Position numbers and translations under genes: made by a program. A stretch of 64,000 nucleotides of DNA, taken from assembly GCA_050613775.1 (NCBI GenBank), contig JBODTK010000105.1, forward strand, positions 62,001 to 126,000, written 5' to 3'. This document shows, one piece after another, positions 43,861-59,299 of this stretch. The stretch is from Neocallimastix sp. 'constans' (taxonomy: Eukaryota). Below the pieces are notes generated by a model that had not been told where the DNA came from, did no database searches, and saw only the letters and a program-made list of their open reading frames with translations. How positions within the stretch are numbered: the first letter of the stretch is position 1; each line of letters starts with the position of its first letter.

Positions 43861-44869
43861 TTATTTATTTATTATTTATTTATTTATTTAATGCCAATTT
43901 TTACATAAAAAAAAAATCCACATTATTAACAAATAAAATAAAGTTTTAATATATTTTTGACTAGGATTATTCTAAATTTTCAATTTAAATATTTAATTAA
44001 AGTCATGAATGAAAAAAAGATGACATCTCATTTACTATAATGAATACTTTATATATATATATATTTAGGTTTAAAATTATTAATCCTATAAAAAAGAAGT
44101 TTTTAAAAGAATTAATATTAAATAGTAAAGTCAAGATATAATAAAATCAGTCATACGATACCTCATAAATATAATGTTTAAATATATATATATATATATT
44201 TTATTTTAAAAATTTCAACAATGAATCAGATATCATAATCTTTCTTAACATTATATTATAAATGAAATAATTCATTACTTTTTATTTTAATTACAAACTA
44301 CTTTAAATTTATATATATATATATATATAAACATATTAATTAGACTTCAACAATTTATATAATCTCTTTAGAAAAATATATATATTTATATTATTATTAA
44401 TATAAAAAATAAATATTTGTTATTATTTATTTTTATTCTTTTTTTTTTTTTTTTTTTTTTTTGCGTTTATTTTATTTTTCTTTTATCATATTATTTTTTG
44501 AAAACTTATTAATACATTTTTGAACTACGATAATCAATTTATATATAATATCTGTGAATGTGACAATCCTCATGATTTAAATGAAAAAAAATTCAATTTA
44601 TAAACTTTAACACCTTCAAAATACTATTTTTCTTTTAACTTTATTTTTTTTTAAAACTATTTTAATATAAAATTATATATATTAGTAGTTAGAAATAGTT
44701 TTGTTAATAAAAATACATAATACTTTTATTATTTATTGTTAGTATATTTTATTAAAATAATTATTTTAATTTTATTTTTTATTTTTTTTCATATGATACA
44801 TTTTATTTGTTATTTTTTTCTTCAAATTTTAAATTGCTTTTAAATTAATAGATCAGTAGGATTAAAAAT

Positions 44870-44926
<57 letters not shown>

Positions 44927-46378
44927 AGATTTATATATATATATTTTTTTTAATGTCATTTATCCACACTTATTAAATATATACATGAAGAATATTAATT
45001 CCAACTATATTTTGACAAAAAAAAAATTCAATCTTTATTTCTTAAATATAGATGAAAGAAAAGAATTATTAAAAGAAAAGATATATATACATTTTAATAT
45101 AATATAATTATAATTAATCCTTTTTTTTAATCTTTTTATTTTAATAATTTGATTTTTCCATGTACAAAATTTAATTTATATATTCATAATATATTCACAA
45201 TATATTCAAATATATTATTAAACTTTAAATCAAAAAATAAAATAATAATAATAATAATTATAATTAAAATAATAATAATAAGAAGAAGAAGAAGAAGAAG
45301 AAATAATAATTATAACTATAGTAATAAATAATTAATAAGTATAATAATAACAAGCATAATAATAATTATAATAATAATAAAATAATAGATAATCATAATC
45401 ATAATCATAATTATACAAAATAACAGATAATAATAACCATAATAATTATCATAAGAAAAGGAAAAGAACAAATTATCATTATGTAATCAAAAAAATGAAA
45501 AATTTTCATATCATAAAATATATAATTAAAAAATTATGGAAATAATTATAAAATTCATGGCTTAAATAATAATTATTTTATAATAGCTTTACGTCTTTTT
45601 TAAATTTAAAATATAATAAAATTTTTAATTATTTTTATTTTTTTTTTCTCCATATAAAAAATATGATCATTTTGTTCCCTTTCATTTATTTTCTTTCTTT
45701 TTCATCTTTTTCTTTCTTTCATTCATTCATTCATTCATTCATTCATTCTATTCTGCCTTTTTTTTTTCTTTCTTTTCTGTCATTCTTCTTTCGCTTCTTT
45801 ACTTTTTTATTATATAAATTTTTACATTTTTAAATTTTTAACATAAACAGCTTCAATATATTAAATTCAATAAATTCTATATATTACAATTGACTGTAAT
45901 AATTATTTCAACATAAACTTTATTTATTTTAACGAACTATTTAGATCATAATATATTATTAATATATTAATATTATACTATAATTAAATTATTTTTTTCA
46001 CTTTTCATATTTGAATTTATTTATGGTTTATTGAATGCATATATTATAATACATTTTATAATATATAAAATATTTTTTATATATGGAAAAATTTTATTTA
46101 ATTTAAAAATTTATCATAAAATTTGAATTGAATAAATAGAATATCATATATTATCAATACTATTGAATTATATATATTAATTAATATATAAATATATAAA
46201 TTTTAATGAAATTTGCTTTAAAATGATTTAACAAAAAAATTTTTTTATATAATATTAAAATATTTATTTAATTCCTATTAAATATATTCATTTATTAATA
46301 TTATTTAGTTTATATATAATAATATTTATATATTTATTTATATAAAATTTCAACCATTCATAATAAAGCTATTTAATA

Positions 46379-46415
<37 letters not shown>

Positions 46416-47099
46416 AATAATTAATAATAAATAAAAAAAAAATTTTTTTTTATCTGTTAAAAATAATTATTATAATTTTATTTTTTTTAAGAATATCGAA
46501 GATTGAAACAAAAAAGAGAAAAAAAAAAAAAAAAAGATTATTAATATATTTTTCACGAGATTAGAAATATTTGGTTTTATTCTTTTTTAATAATAATAAA
46601 AAAACATATTTATTTATAAAATATAATATCATAATTAATTATATTTATTCACTTTAATAAAAAAAAATAATATTAAATTTTTCAAACAAAAGAAGGACTA
46701 TCTTCAATTCAATTTTTTATAATTTAATTCGATTATATAAAGTATAATTGTTTATATAAAAATATTTTATATAAACAAGTAGAAAAATAACACATATATT
46801 TCACTAATTGAAAGAAACTATATTTTTTTTAATATACAAATAAAAAAAAAGAATTATCTCTTTTTAATATAATACTATTAATATATAGAAATTATTTAAA
46901 CTTTTTTCCATATATTAATAATAGTAGTAAAAAAATATAAAAAAAAAAAAAAAAAGAGAGAGATAATTCTATATCCATTTTATATTTCATTCATAATATG
47001 CTTATTCTTCATTAGCAGGAAATTTTTATTAATTTTTATATATATATTTAATTGTAACTATTTTTTTTTATATGATATTTTTATTATATATTTATATTT

Positions 47100-47215
47100 T
47101 TTTTTATCAAAACATCTTTTTTTTATAAAAAAAAAGATTAAAATAATTTTATCAAAACATCATTTTTTTTTAAAAAAAAAAAAAAGATTAAAATAATTTT
47201 ATCAAAACATCATAA
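47100..47215. repeat. Tandem ~47-bp duplication (about 2.3 copies)
   Basis: TTTTATCAAAACATC...AAAAAAAGATTAAAATAAT repeated. Confidence 0.8.
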
Positions 47216-48290
47216 GAATTTTGAATTTTATAAAAAGATTTTTATTGTTATAATTATTATTATTTCTCAATATCTTCCAATAAATCCCAATAAAATAGAT
47301 ATATATATATATATATATATTTTAACGAAATTAAGAAATTTTTTAAGTTTCTTCACAAATATGTATTGTAAAATAAATAAACAACTTTTTTCTTCAACTT
47401 GAAACTATTAGTGGATAATTTTTAATATATATATGAAACATAAAAGAGATATTTAAAAATTTAGTATTTATAAATTATAAATATATAAAAGTAAATCAAT
47501 AAATCAAATAATAAAGAAAAAAAGAATATAATATATGATTTTTTTTTTTAAAAAAAAAAATATAGGCATGATTTAATAGTATATTTAAATTTGAAATTGA
47601 TTATAACTTAATCATAGTAGATTAAATTAAAAAATTTCAATATTATATATTTTAATTTGTTATATATATTTATGTATTGCTTGAGTATAACTTTTTGAAT
47701 TATTATTATTATATGAAATTTTATAACAAAATTTATTTTAAAATTCGAATTTTAAGTTGAATATCAATTTTTTTCTCTCTAATTCATTTTTTTGTTTATT
47801 ATTATTACTATTTTTATAAAAAAACAAAAAAAAAAAAAAAAATAAAAATAAAAAAAAAAGTTATTTATCGAATTTATAAATAAAAATAAAGTATCATAAA
47901 AATTAGATTCAATATAAGTAATCATAGTAATAATCAAAAATTTAAAGTTATTGGATACCTAATAATTCCTATAATGATTAATCAACGACAAAAACAAGAA
48001 GAAAATAAAAATAAAATAGATAATAGCATAAATATTTTATTTTTCTTAAAGTATACAAGTATTTAAATCAGTAAAATGTATTATCCAAATATCAAAGAAA
48101 AATAAATAAATAAATAAATAAACACAAATATAGATAGATAGAAAAGAGAAAAGAATGAAAATAATAATAATAATTATAACAATAAAGATTTTAATTTTAT
48201 ATATATAATATACTTTATGATTATTATTCTCACATTAACCAAAAAATGTAATTTTGTTTTAATTCATTTTTATTAGTATAGGATTTTATA

Positions 48291-50189
48291 ATGGAAAATC
48301 TAGAAGCAGCTGTTCAGTGTGCTTTATCATCAAGCACCAATGCTGAAATGAAAGCTCAAGCTACACAATATTGTGAACAAATTAAAAGTTCTAATGACGG
48401 TTGGCAACTTTGTTTAAACTTATTTATTAAAACTCCACCAAGGTAAGTGAGAATTTATGAATAATATATATTAATATTAATATTAATATTAATAATATAG
48501 TATAGTTTAATTATAATAGTATAGTATAGTATAGTTTTTTATTTTTTTTTTTTTATTTTTTTTTATTTTTTTATTTTTTTTAAAAAAACTTTCAAAAAGT
48601 AAAATGATTATATAAATAATTATTTTTAAATAAATAACAATCAAAAAATAATTAATAAAATTAATATACCTTGTATTTTAAATTTTAAAATCAATTTAAA
48701 TTAAAATTTACTTTTATTTCTATAATATTGTATTTTATTGTTTTATATTATATTTTATTATTTTTTTTTTTAATTTTTAGTACTCCTGAAGTTAGATATT
48801 TTGCTCTTCAAGTTGTTGAAGAAACTGTTAGAAATCGTACTAGTATTTTAGATAAAACTCAACAAGATCTTATAAAACAAACTCTTTGGGAATGGGTAAA
48901 AACTTCATTAGATACTAATGAAAAACCATTTATTAAAAATAAATTAGCTCAAGCTATTGTTCAAATTTTTAAAATTCAATATCCAGAAAATTGGCCAACT
49001 TTCTTTGATGATTTAATTAGTTTAGTTGATCAAAGCATGAACACACCTCGTTCTGATATTATTGTTGATTTCTTTTTACGTATTTGCTCTACTATTGACG
49101 AAGAAGTTGTTTCCTTACTTATTAATAGAACGGATAATGAATTACAAAAAAATACTTTTATTAAAGATACCATGAGAGAAGGAGCTGTCATGAAATTAGT
49201 TGAATATTGGTTCAAAATTTTAATGGCCAGTTGTCAAACTAACCCAACCATAGCTAATAAATGCTTAAACATTATTGGTCAATATGTTATGTGGATAGAT
49301 ATTAAATTAATTGTTACAGATACTTTCATGACAGCGCTTTATCAATTTATGAATGTTGAAGATTTACGTATGGCTGCTACAGAATGTCTTTGTAGTATCA
49401 TTTCAAAGGGTATGAGACCTCTCGAAAAGTTACAATTAATTCAACTCTTAAATATTCCAACTCTTCTCGGTCAACTTAAATTTGATAATATTGATTTCGA
49501 AGAACAAATTGCAAAGTTAGTTAATCTTTTAGGGGTTGAATTAACTTCAATTTGTGACGATGTCAAGGATGTTCCAGAAGCTAAAGCTATGACCTACAGT
49601 TATATTCAAACCTTATTCCCATACATGTTAAAGCTTTTAGCTAATGAATATGATGATACTTCATCTGCTCTTTTCCCATTCGTTACTTCTTATACTAATT
49701 TATTAAAACAACAAAAGAAAATAAACTTTGCTGATGTTCCAAACTTCCAACAAGATATCTTAGAATTATTGAAGGTAATTATTTCCAAAATGAAATATGA
49801 TGAAGATATTGAATTTTCATTTGGTGAAGATGAAGATGAAGCTTTATTCATTGAAATGAGAAAGAGTTTAAAGGTATTTTATGATGCTCTTTTTGCTATT
49901 GATGAAAGTGTTAGTACTCAAACTGTTTTTTCTGTCATAAGCTCCACCTTTGATCGTATTAATATTGAAAAGGTAGATGGCTCTAATGTTTCCTTAAATT
50001 CATCTATAAATGCTTCTTGGTCTGAAGCAGAATTGGCCCTTTATTTAATTTATATTTTTGGTGAATCTAAGAGAAGTACCTTAAACTACGAACCAGGAGG
50101 TATTTTCTATCAAATGATTGAAAAAATGTTCCAATCTAGTAAGTTTATTAAAATTTTTATTTTTTTTTTTTTTTTTCTTTTTTTATACT

Positions 50190-50226
<37 letters not shown>

Positions 50227-51808
50227 CTTTAAATTTATATATGAATATATTAAATTTTTATTAAATAAAATTTTATAAATATAATATATATACGTATATT
50301 CATTTTTCAATATATATTAATATAAATTTTACTATATATATATTAAATTATTAATATTATTATAATAATAAAATTGTTATTATTTTTGTAGATGTCATTT
50401 ATTACCCACATAATTCTATTCCAATTATGTATTTTGAAATTATTACTAGATACACTAATTTCTTTGACATTCATACTCAATTTATTCCAAACGTATTAGA
50501 AGCTTTCGTTTGTAGTCGGTAAATAGTTCATTTTAAAATAAAATATAATATTAATTCACATTTTATATTTATGAGAATATATATATATTTTAATATTATA
50601 ATAATTAAAAATTTAAATATATAAACATAAATATTTTTAAATATTCAAAATATTTTTTTTATATATTGATTCATTTATATATTACTATAATATTATTAAT
50701 ATATTATTATTATTCTCTATATTATTACTTTTTATATTAATTATTATTATAAACATATATATTATATTCTTTTTATTAAAATTATAATTATTAACTGTAT
50801 TATTACTATATTATAATTCTCTATTACATTTGAATATCTCTGTTTATATTAGTGGTCTTCATAATTCAGAAATTATTATTAAAACTAGATTAAACTATTT
50901 ATTCGCTAGATTTGTTAAAGCTATGAAACCAAAATTGGCACCATATGTTCAAACAGTTTTAACAAACATTCAAACCCTTTTAATTATACAGCCCACCCCA
51001 ATCACTTTAAATAATTTAAATTCTCATCCTTATAATGATTTTTATTTATTTGAAGCAGTTGGTACTTTAATTTCATTAGAGACTATTCCAATGGAACAAC
51101 AATCTGAATATCTTGGTGTAAGTATTAATAAATTAAAATAAATTAATAAATAAAAGTATTAAATGCTTATATAAATGAATTAAAATATATAAAATATACT
51201 ATGAAATTCAATAATAATAATAATAATAATAATAATATATATATATATATATCTGTTAATATGTATTAAAAAAAAATAAATATTTATATATTAATAAATA
51301 ATAATAATCATTATAATAATTTTTTTTTCCTTTTTTTTTCCTTTTTTTTTTATTTTTTAATACAATAAAATATAATTATCAGACTATCATCCAACCAATG
51401 CTTAATACCATTGATGAAATTATATCAAAATCTTTATATCAAATGGATACTCCAAAAAATATGCAATTCACACATCAACTTAATCTTATAATTCGTACTA
51501 TTGGTAGTATAGGTCACAGTTTCCCTCATATTAATTTATTACAAAGTAATATTACTCCTCCTTGGATTGTAATTTATAATAAAACTTTAGAATCCATGGT
51601 TGTCGTATTAGAGCGTTTATCCGATCAAAGTAGTATTCGTGAATCTGTACGATACACTTTACAACGTCTTATTCCATGTATGGGTAATGAAATTGTAAAA
51701 TTCATTATTCCTATGATGAATGGTGGTTTACTTACTAAAAGTTCAAAGAATGAACTTTCATCACTATTAACTTCATTCTATGATCTCTTAATTCATAAAT
51801 TTAAGGTA

Positions 51809-51851
<43 letters not shown>

Positions 51852-51876
51852 AATAAAATAAAATAAAATAAAATAA

Positions 51877-51910
<34 letters not shown>

Positions 51911-52294
51911 TAGATATAGATATAGATATAGAATATAGATATAGAATATAGATATAAATATATATAGCAATAAATAATAAATAATATATTTATAATAATT
52001 TTTATTTATATTAATTATAAATATATTAATCTGTATACAAATTGTAAAATTATTTTTTAATTTAGAATAATGCCTTACCAATTATGAATGAATTATTATA
52101 TCCTATTGTTGAAAAAGTATTCATTTTCTTAAATCAACCAGCTAATGGTACTGATGAAATTATCTCTATGTTTGAACTTAGAAGAGCTTATATGAACTTC
52201 TTAGGTACAATCTTTACCAGTTCACTTCAAAATATTCTTATTAGTGAAAGTAAGTTTTCTCTACTTTTTTATTGTTGTTGTCGTTATAAAAAGA

Positions 52295-52336
<42 letters not shown>

Positions 52337-52819
52337 ATGATATATTAATAAAATAAATTTATTAAAATAAATAATTTATAATTAATCTTAATCAACATTA
52401 ATTTATATTTAATAAATATTTAATAATTTTTTTTTAATTATATATATATATATAAATAATGTAAATCATATATTCATATATTTATTTGTTTTAAATTAAT
52501 AGATAATAATAGACATTTACCAATGATTATGGAATCCGTTGTTCATTGTGCTCGTGATTCTGCTGATGTTCAAAGTCAAAAGGCTGCCCTTTCTGTTTTA
52601 GCTAAAATGGTCAATGTATGGGGTGGTATTACGGAAGAAACTTCTATTCCAGGATTTGCTGATTTCATTTATCAACAAATTGTTACCATTATTTTTGAAA
52701 TTGTTATGAAGGATGATTTTAACTTCCAAGCTGCTGAAACTTTACTTGTATGTATTTGTATTTATTATTATAATCATATATAATAAAAATGTAATAATAA
52801 TAGAATAATAATCAAAATA

Positions 52820-52851
<32 letters not shown>

Positions 52852-53378
52852 GAATAATAATGACAGAATAATAATAATACTAATTTTATAAAAGAAATAT
52901 GATGAATATAATTTAATATAATATAATATTTATTATTTATTAATTTTTATTTTATTTTTGTTCATATTTATTTTTTTTTTTTTTTTGTTTTTTATAGATT
53001 CTCAATGAAATTTCAAATCTTCACTTAACTATTTTACAAAAACAAGGTGTCAAATATGCTGAATATCTTTTATCTTACTTCTTCCCATCCATTAACTGTC
53101 CATCTCAAGCTGCTAGAGACTTCGTAGATGCTATGCAAAATTCAGATAAGAAAACATTTTCAAAATACTTAAAGGTAAAAAAAAAAAACTTAAATAAAAA
53201 GTTAAAATTAGTATTTTAAAAACAAAAACAAAAACAATATATAAATATATATAAGAATAAATTATTTTTATTATATCTATTATATTTTTAATCAATAATA
53301 TTAATAATAAACTATTTATAACAATAAAATCAATATATATATATATAGTCTTTCTTCCAAGCCATGAAAAGCCAATAA
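48291..53378 (+). CDS. LOS1: Exportin-T (tRNA exportin, Los1/Xpo-t); 9 exons: 48291-48442, 48781-50138, 50392-50518, 50853-51117, 51383-51805, 52066-52249, 52503-52747, 52998-53174, 53349-53378; 986 aa
   Basis: Importin-beta N-terminus (LEAAVQCAL...QATQYCEQIK..NDGWQLCL, EVRYFALQVVE), FIKNKLAQ...YPENWPTFF, IKDTMRE, IISKGMRPLEKL, ANEYDDTS, KMKYDE..DEDEALFIEMRKSLK and RLNYLFARFVK. Exon sum 2961 nt in frame. Confidence 0.93.
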
Positions 53379-53964
53379 AACGATAATAAGAAAAAAGAAT
53401 AGTTAATTAATTAATTCCTTTCAAAAATGGGTCTAATAAATATTAATATTTAAATTAAACATTATAAATGAAATCATTTAATTTTTTTTATATTACAGAT
53501 TTTCATTTTTAATTATTTATTTTTTTATAGTATAAAAATAATAATAATAATATATATTAATTATTTTATATATTAGATTTATATTTTATATTATTTATGG
53601 ATATATTATATTATATTATAAAATAACTAAATAATATATACGTTTATTTTATTTTATTTTATATTTATTTTATTATTATTATTTTTTTTTTTTTTTTTAT
53701 ATAAATATTTCATTTTTCATTTTAATAATAGTTATTAATATATATATTTAGATACTAAAGAACTTTTTTTTTTTTTTACCTTTTTCTCTTTTCTTTTATT
53801 AAATTTATATATATATAAATAAAATTAATTCTATTTAATAAAATAAATAAATAAAATTAATGTAAAAAATTATATAAAAAAAAAAAAAAGAATTCAACAA
53901 AATACAAGAATTTTTTTCCTTTTTATTATTACTATTGTTATTATTGTTTTATTATAATTATAAT

Positions 53965-53995
<31 letters not shown>

Positions 53996-54439
53996 TTATT
54001 TTATTTATTTATTATTTTATTTATTTATTATTTCTTTTATTTATTATTTTATTTATTTATTTATTTTATTTATTTATTATTTTATTATAATCAAATATTA
54101 TTTATTTTATTATTAATATTAATTTATTATTTTTATTAAAGCATGATTATTATTAATATTTTTTATGAAAAGTTTTTTATAATTTCTAAATATTGTTCAA
54201 TATCACATAGTAATGTAAACACTGTTATGAACTGATATAAATAATAGAAACGAGTACAGATTCTGATAGTAGTAACGAAGTATATAATATTAATAATAAT
54301 AACAATAGAAATGATATTGTTAAGGAATAGTAGATTTAGTGATAATGAAAATAGGAATGTTAATATTAATGATAGTGAAAATAATAATATCATTACTAAT
54401 AATGTAATGAATAGTTCAATTGGTTAAAACCTTATTAAT

Positions 54440-54905
54440 ATTAATTAAAGTAATTTTCTGAGTAATGAGCGTGTAAATATATTATATGTGACGTAGTACA
54501 GGATTATATAATTTTCTTCTTGGTGGGGGGAGAGATGCAGGCATTATTGATTTAAATTATAAAAAAAGGAATGAGATGTTTTTTGTTTAAGAACCAAAAC
54601 ATTTCTGGTGATTATTCCAAAAAAAAAAAAAAAAAAAAAAAAAAGAGACATTCTTGGTGGGATCTGGGGCTCTCTTTTGAAGAAATTATGCCTTAGGCTA
54701 GTAACTCGATAAGGGTTGCTATTCCTAAAAGTACTAAAAAGTATAAGCGCAAACTAACCAAGGAGCGTCAACTTTGAAAATATTAAGTAAGACAAGATAA
54801 GCAGGGTTAATACCTTTGAAGGAGAAGACCATCATTTCTTTCAGATAGTCAATACAAACCCTAATTCGGGAATAAGTAATATGTAGGTGAGGTTTTGTTG
54901 CCTAT
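54440..54905 (+). mobile_element. Decayed LINE 3'-end fragment
   Basis: YNFLLGGGR, then ACCAAGGAGCGTCAAC...GTAAGACAAG..AGCAGGG, matching 40927-40972. Confidence 0.55.
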
Positions 54906-55009
54906 GAACTTTTTTTCTGAATTTATTCATATATTTTATTTTGAATATTACTTTTTTTTTTATTTATTTCACGCTACTATTTGAAATATTATTATGTTTA
55001 AATTGGATA

Positions 55010-55046
<37 letters not shown>

Positions 55047-55054
55047 ATTAATTC

Positions 55055-55086
<32 letters not shown>

Positions 55087-55189
55087 TAAAAATTATTCAT
55101 GTAATTAAATAATATTTTTTAATTAAATATATCAAAAAATATTAATAATATAAACAACAATTAAAAAAAAAAAGGAACATACTTTAATA

Positions 55190-56030
55190 TTATAGTACCA
55201 TCAGGAATATAATATTGAATAACCTCGAGGATGGATATATGAATGGTCTTTTTAAATAATATGTACCATCATTTAGTAGATAATAATATTATGTAATATT
55301 TATTGATGATTACTGTAGAAAATACTGGGTTTATTTTACTTAAACATAAATCTGAGACAGTACAGAAATTTTTATTAAGTTTCATAAACTTATGAAAAAA
55401 AAAAAAAAAATACTTGTATTTAATTATAATATAAAGGAAGTAAGATCTGATTACAGTTTAGAATACAACAGCTCTAATTTTTTTTTAAATTATCTCCTAA
55501 ATATTGGAATTTCATTTAATCATTCTATACTAGGTAATTCCAAACAAAATGATCGCGCTAAAAGGATTAATCAAACGTTAGGTAACTGAAAGAAAACATT
55601 ACTAAGCAGTGCTAAATTATCTCCTATCTTGTAGGACTGAAGCTATTAAATGCCCATGTATGTTGTACATTTTAAATTCACATTAGAGAATTAATTTGAC
55701 AATTTGAAGAAAGAATTTTTCAATAAAAATATTAATATATCTAAACTTAAGGTGTTTTTTTTTTGGATGCAAAGTATTTTTTCTTAATTAATAGATATAA
55801 ACAAGGAAATTTTAAAAAAAAAATAATTCAAAACCAGGTATTTTCTTAGGATATTCTTCAGACTCTCCTGGTTATCGTGTTCTCGGCATTACTCTTCAAA
55901 ATCAAAAAACAAACATCCACAATGCATACTTCAATGAAAGTCCATTCGGTTAATAAGGCACATCATTTTTTCATTTCTCAAATTCTTCAGATAGACCAAA
56001 TTGAGAGGGAAGAGCGCTTACAACCTCAAT
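55190..56030 (+). mobile_element. Ty1/copia LTR-retrotransposon integrase remnant
   Basis: YYVIFIDDYCRKYWV, LKHKSETVQKF, IKEVRSDYSLEY, KQNDRAKRINQTL, KLKVF..GC and PGIFLGYSSDSPGYRVL, with many stops and frameshifts. Confidence 0.88.
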
Positions 56031-56662
56031 TTTAATTAATTCATTTATCATAATTTATCATAATAGATTTGATATGAATGAAAAAGAACAAATGTAAAAA
56101 TTAATCCTGAAGATAATACAGATATGATGGATAGATGACACACAATAATGAAAAATGCGTTAGATAATAATTCAGAAAATGAAAAAAAAAATTAATAAAG
56201 ATCAAAATTCATGAAAATAAAAATTCCAAAAAATAATGAAAATATTGAAAAACCAAAATTACAAAACTAATCAATTCTTTAAAATTGAAATGAAATCAGA
56301 TCAAAAATTAAACTGAATTTCAAGAGGATTTATTCAACAATTCAAATATTAAAGAAAAGTTGTTAAGTATAAAATTATAAAATTGCTACCAAATGAAAGC
56401 CATGCCAAAATTCTACATAAAAAAAAATGAACAAAAAAAAAATATGAAAATAAATTGTATTTTTAATAGAATTAATGATAAAACCATTGAATAAAAAATT
56501 TGAATAATTTTAAAATTTATGAATAATTTTAAAATTTATGAATAAATTAAAAATTTATCAACATCAAAACTTAATAATTACAAAATTATAAACCAGAAAC
56601 TTATTGAAAATAAAAATGAAAAAATAATCATAAAAATCTGGTTTATACGAAAGATGAAAAAT

Positions 56663-56702
<40 letters not shown>

Positions 56703-57270
56703 AATGAAATATATGAAAATATTAAAATGAAAAAAAAAACGATAATTCTGAAAATGAATCTGAAGACAACTTTAGTGATCTAGAGTTTACCTATAAATTT
56801 TATTCTTTTTTTTTTTTTTTTTTTTTTAATAATTAATATTATTAATAATGTCTTTATATAATATTGATATATATATATATTATTTTTAATTTATAATATT
56901 TTTTATTATATAAATAAGTTTTTAGTTAAGTTACGTTTAATTAATTCCATTTCTTTTACTGAAAAATAAATTTGTTTAATGAAATTAAGTTAGTATTAGT
57001 TGAAGTAGTAGTAGTATTAGTATTAGTATATTAGTATTATTATTAGTATTAGTTTGGTATTAGTATTAATATTACTATTAGTAGTATTAATATAATTATA
57101 TTAATTTTATTGGATATTAAAATATAATTTTTTATATGAAATAATTAAAATTTTGAATTATTAACAATTCAAATTAATATTAAAATTTTTAAAATTGCAC
57201 ATTAAAAGTTAAATTCTTAATTTTTTATTTTTATTATAATAATAATAAATAATAATTATAATAACAAATG

Positions 57271-57318
<48 letters not shown>

Positions 57319-57743
57319 GATAATTAATAATATTTGATATATATATTTAAAACAATAAAAATATGATGAAATTAAGAAAAAAAAAAAAAAAAAAAAAAAA
57401 GTTATATATCCAAATGTACAAAACTAAAATTCATCATTAATATATTACTTAATTTAATTAATAAATAAATTATAAAGGAATAAAAAAAATAAAAGTATGT
57501 TTTTTTAAATTAATTAATTTTATAAAAATTAAATATTTAAGTTAATGGCACAAATTTATTTTTAATTAACACAAGAATAAAAAAAAAAAAAAATTAAAAA
57601 ACTATTAAACCATTTGAAAATATTATAAAAATACCAAAAAAAAAATATTTTAAAAAAAAAATCATTTGAAAGCATAATAATAAAAATAAAAGAAAATAAA
57701 ATAAAATAAAATAAAATAAAATAAAATAAAATAAAATAAAAAA

Positions 57744-58451
57744 ATGGTAACTTTTAAAATTCATAATATATCATTTTTATTATTTTTGTTACTACTCTTT
57801 CTCGGCAGTCGTCGTCGTCGTATATCATGTGAAAAAATAAGTAAAGAAGAAATATTAAAATCAATTCCTCAAACATGTACGGAAGATAAGGAATGTTCTC
57901 CTGGAAATGTATGTTATAAAAATTTTTGCCACAGAATCTTCTACTGTCAAAATAACGAATGCATCGAAAAAGAGAATGGAATGTCTTTCAATGAAACCAT
58001 TACCCAAGATAATTATTTAGATGCCAAGACGACGGATTTAATTTTGGAATCTTGCCCTGAAGAAGCAAGAAAAATCGAAAAATGCTTTACACGATTTTGT
58101 AGTAATAATAGTAATTGTTACAGTAATATATGTCAAGAAGGTACCTGTATTGCCAATAGTACCATTGAAACCACTGTGTGTACCTTAAACCATGATTATA
58201 CCGGATATCACTGTACTAAACCCGATTTTGAAAAATGTAAAAAAGATAAAGAGTGTTATCCCGGATTTTGTAATGATTATCATATGTGTAGTAATGAGCA
58301 AAGACCTTATTTATTTTATGCTTTATTAAAAATTTTTATAATATCAGGGGTAGCCGTCGTTATTATTGCAGTGGGTATTATATTATTACTTAAACTCCGT
58401 GCAAATAAAAATAAAAATGAAAATAAAAATAAATCAAAAAATGTAATTTAA
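57744..58451 (+). CDS. Intronless cysteine-rich type I membrane/surface protein, 235 aa
   Basis: Hydrophobic N-terminal signal, three C-x5-C-x4/5-C-x4/5-C modules (CTEDKECSPGNVCYKNFC, CSNNSNCYSNICQEGTC, CKKDKECYPGFCNDYHMC), N-glycosylation sequons, TM helix IFIISGVAVVIIAVGIILLL and a short basic tail. Confidence 0.88.
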   Translation: MVTFKIHNISFLLFLLLLFLGSRRRRISCEKISKEEILKSIPQTCTEDKECSPGNVCYKNFCHRIFYCQNNECIEKENGMSFNETITQDNYLDAKTTDLILESCPEEARKIEKCFTRFCSNNSNCYSNICQEGTCIANSTIETTVCTLNHDYTGYHCTKPDFEKCKKDKECYPGFCNDYHMCSNEQRPYLFYALLKIFIISGVAVVIIAVGIILLLKLRANKNKNENKNKSKNVI

Positions 58452-58477
58452 TTTCGATCATCATCATCACAACCATA

Positions 58478-58625
58478 AAAAAAAATGAAAATCGATAGGA
58501 ATCGAATTTATTTAATTATTTTTTTTTAAATTTATAATAATGTTTTAATAAAAAAAAAATGAAAATCGATAGGAATCGAATTTATTTAATTATTTTTTTT
58601 TTAATTTTATATTAATGATTTAAAT
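58478..58625. repeat. Tandem ~72-bp duplication in the 3' flank of the Cys-rich gene
   Basis: AAAAATGAAAATCGATAGGAATCGAATTTATTTAATTATTTTTTTT occurs twice. Confidence 0.9.
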
Positions 58626-59299
58626 AATAAATTTTATTATAAAAAAAAATAAAAATAAAAAATAAAATAAAAAATAAAATATAAAATAAAATAAAATAAA
58701 ATATAAAATAAAATATAAAATAAAATAAAATATAAAATAAAATTTTAGATAAAACAAAATTTTAAGAAATAGAAAAAAAAAATTTCAAAAAAAAAAAAAA
58801 AAAAAAAAAAAAACAAGGCGTGTTGACATTAGAGTTTATCCTATTTAGAGATCTTATAGAAAGAAAAGAAAAAAAAAATTAAATATGACTAATCTGAATG
58901 TAATATTGCTGATAGTTCTTTACAAAGTTATTTATATATATATATATATATATAATTATTTTTTAAAATATATATAAAATAAAAATAAATAATTAAATAA
59001 ATATTAATTCTTATTTATTTTGTGTTAAAAAGATGCCAAATTATAAGTAATAATAAAATGATTAATTAATTAAAATATAAATATTATTAAAATATAAAAA
59101 ATTATTAAAATATAAAAAATTATTAAAATATAAAAAATTATTAAAATATAAAAAAAAAAGAGTTTGAGACAGCATTGTAGTTATTAAATATCACCTGTTA
59201 TGTGTTAACTTCCATTGTCCATTATACTAACATTATTAAATGTAAAAAAAAATAAAAAAAAAAAATAAAAAAAAAAAAAAAAAAAAAAAAAATTTTTTT

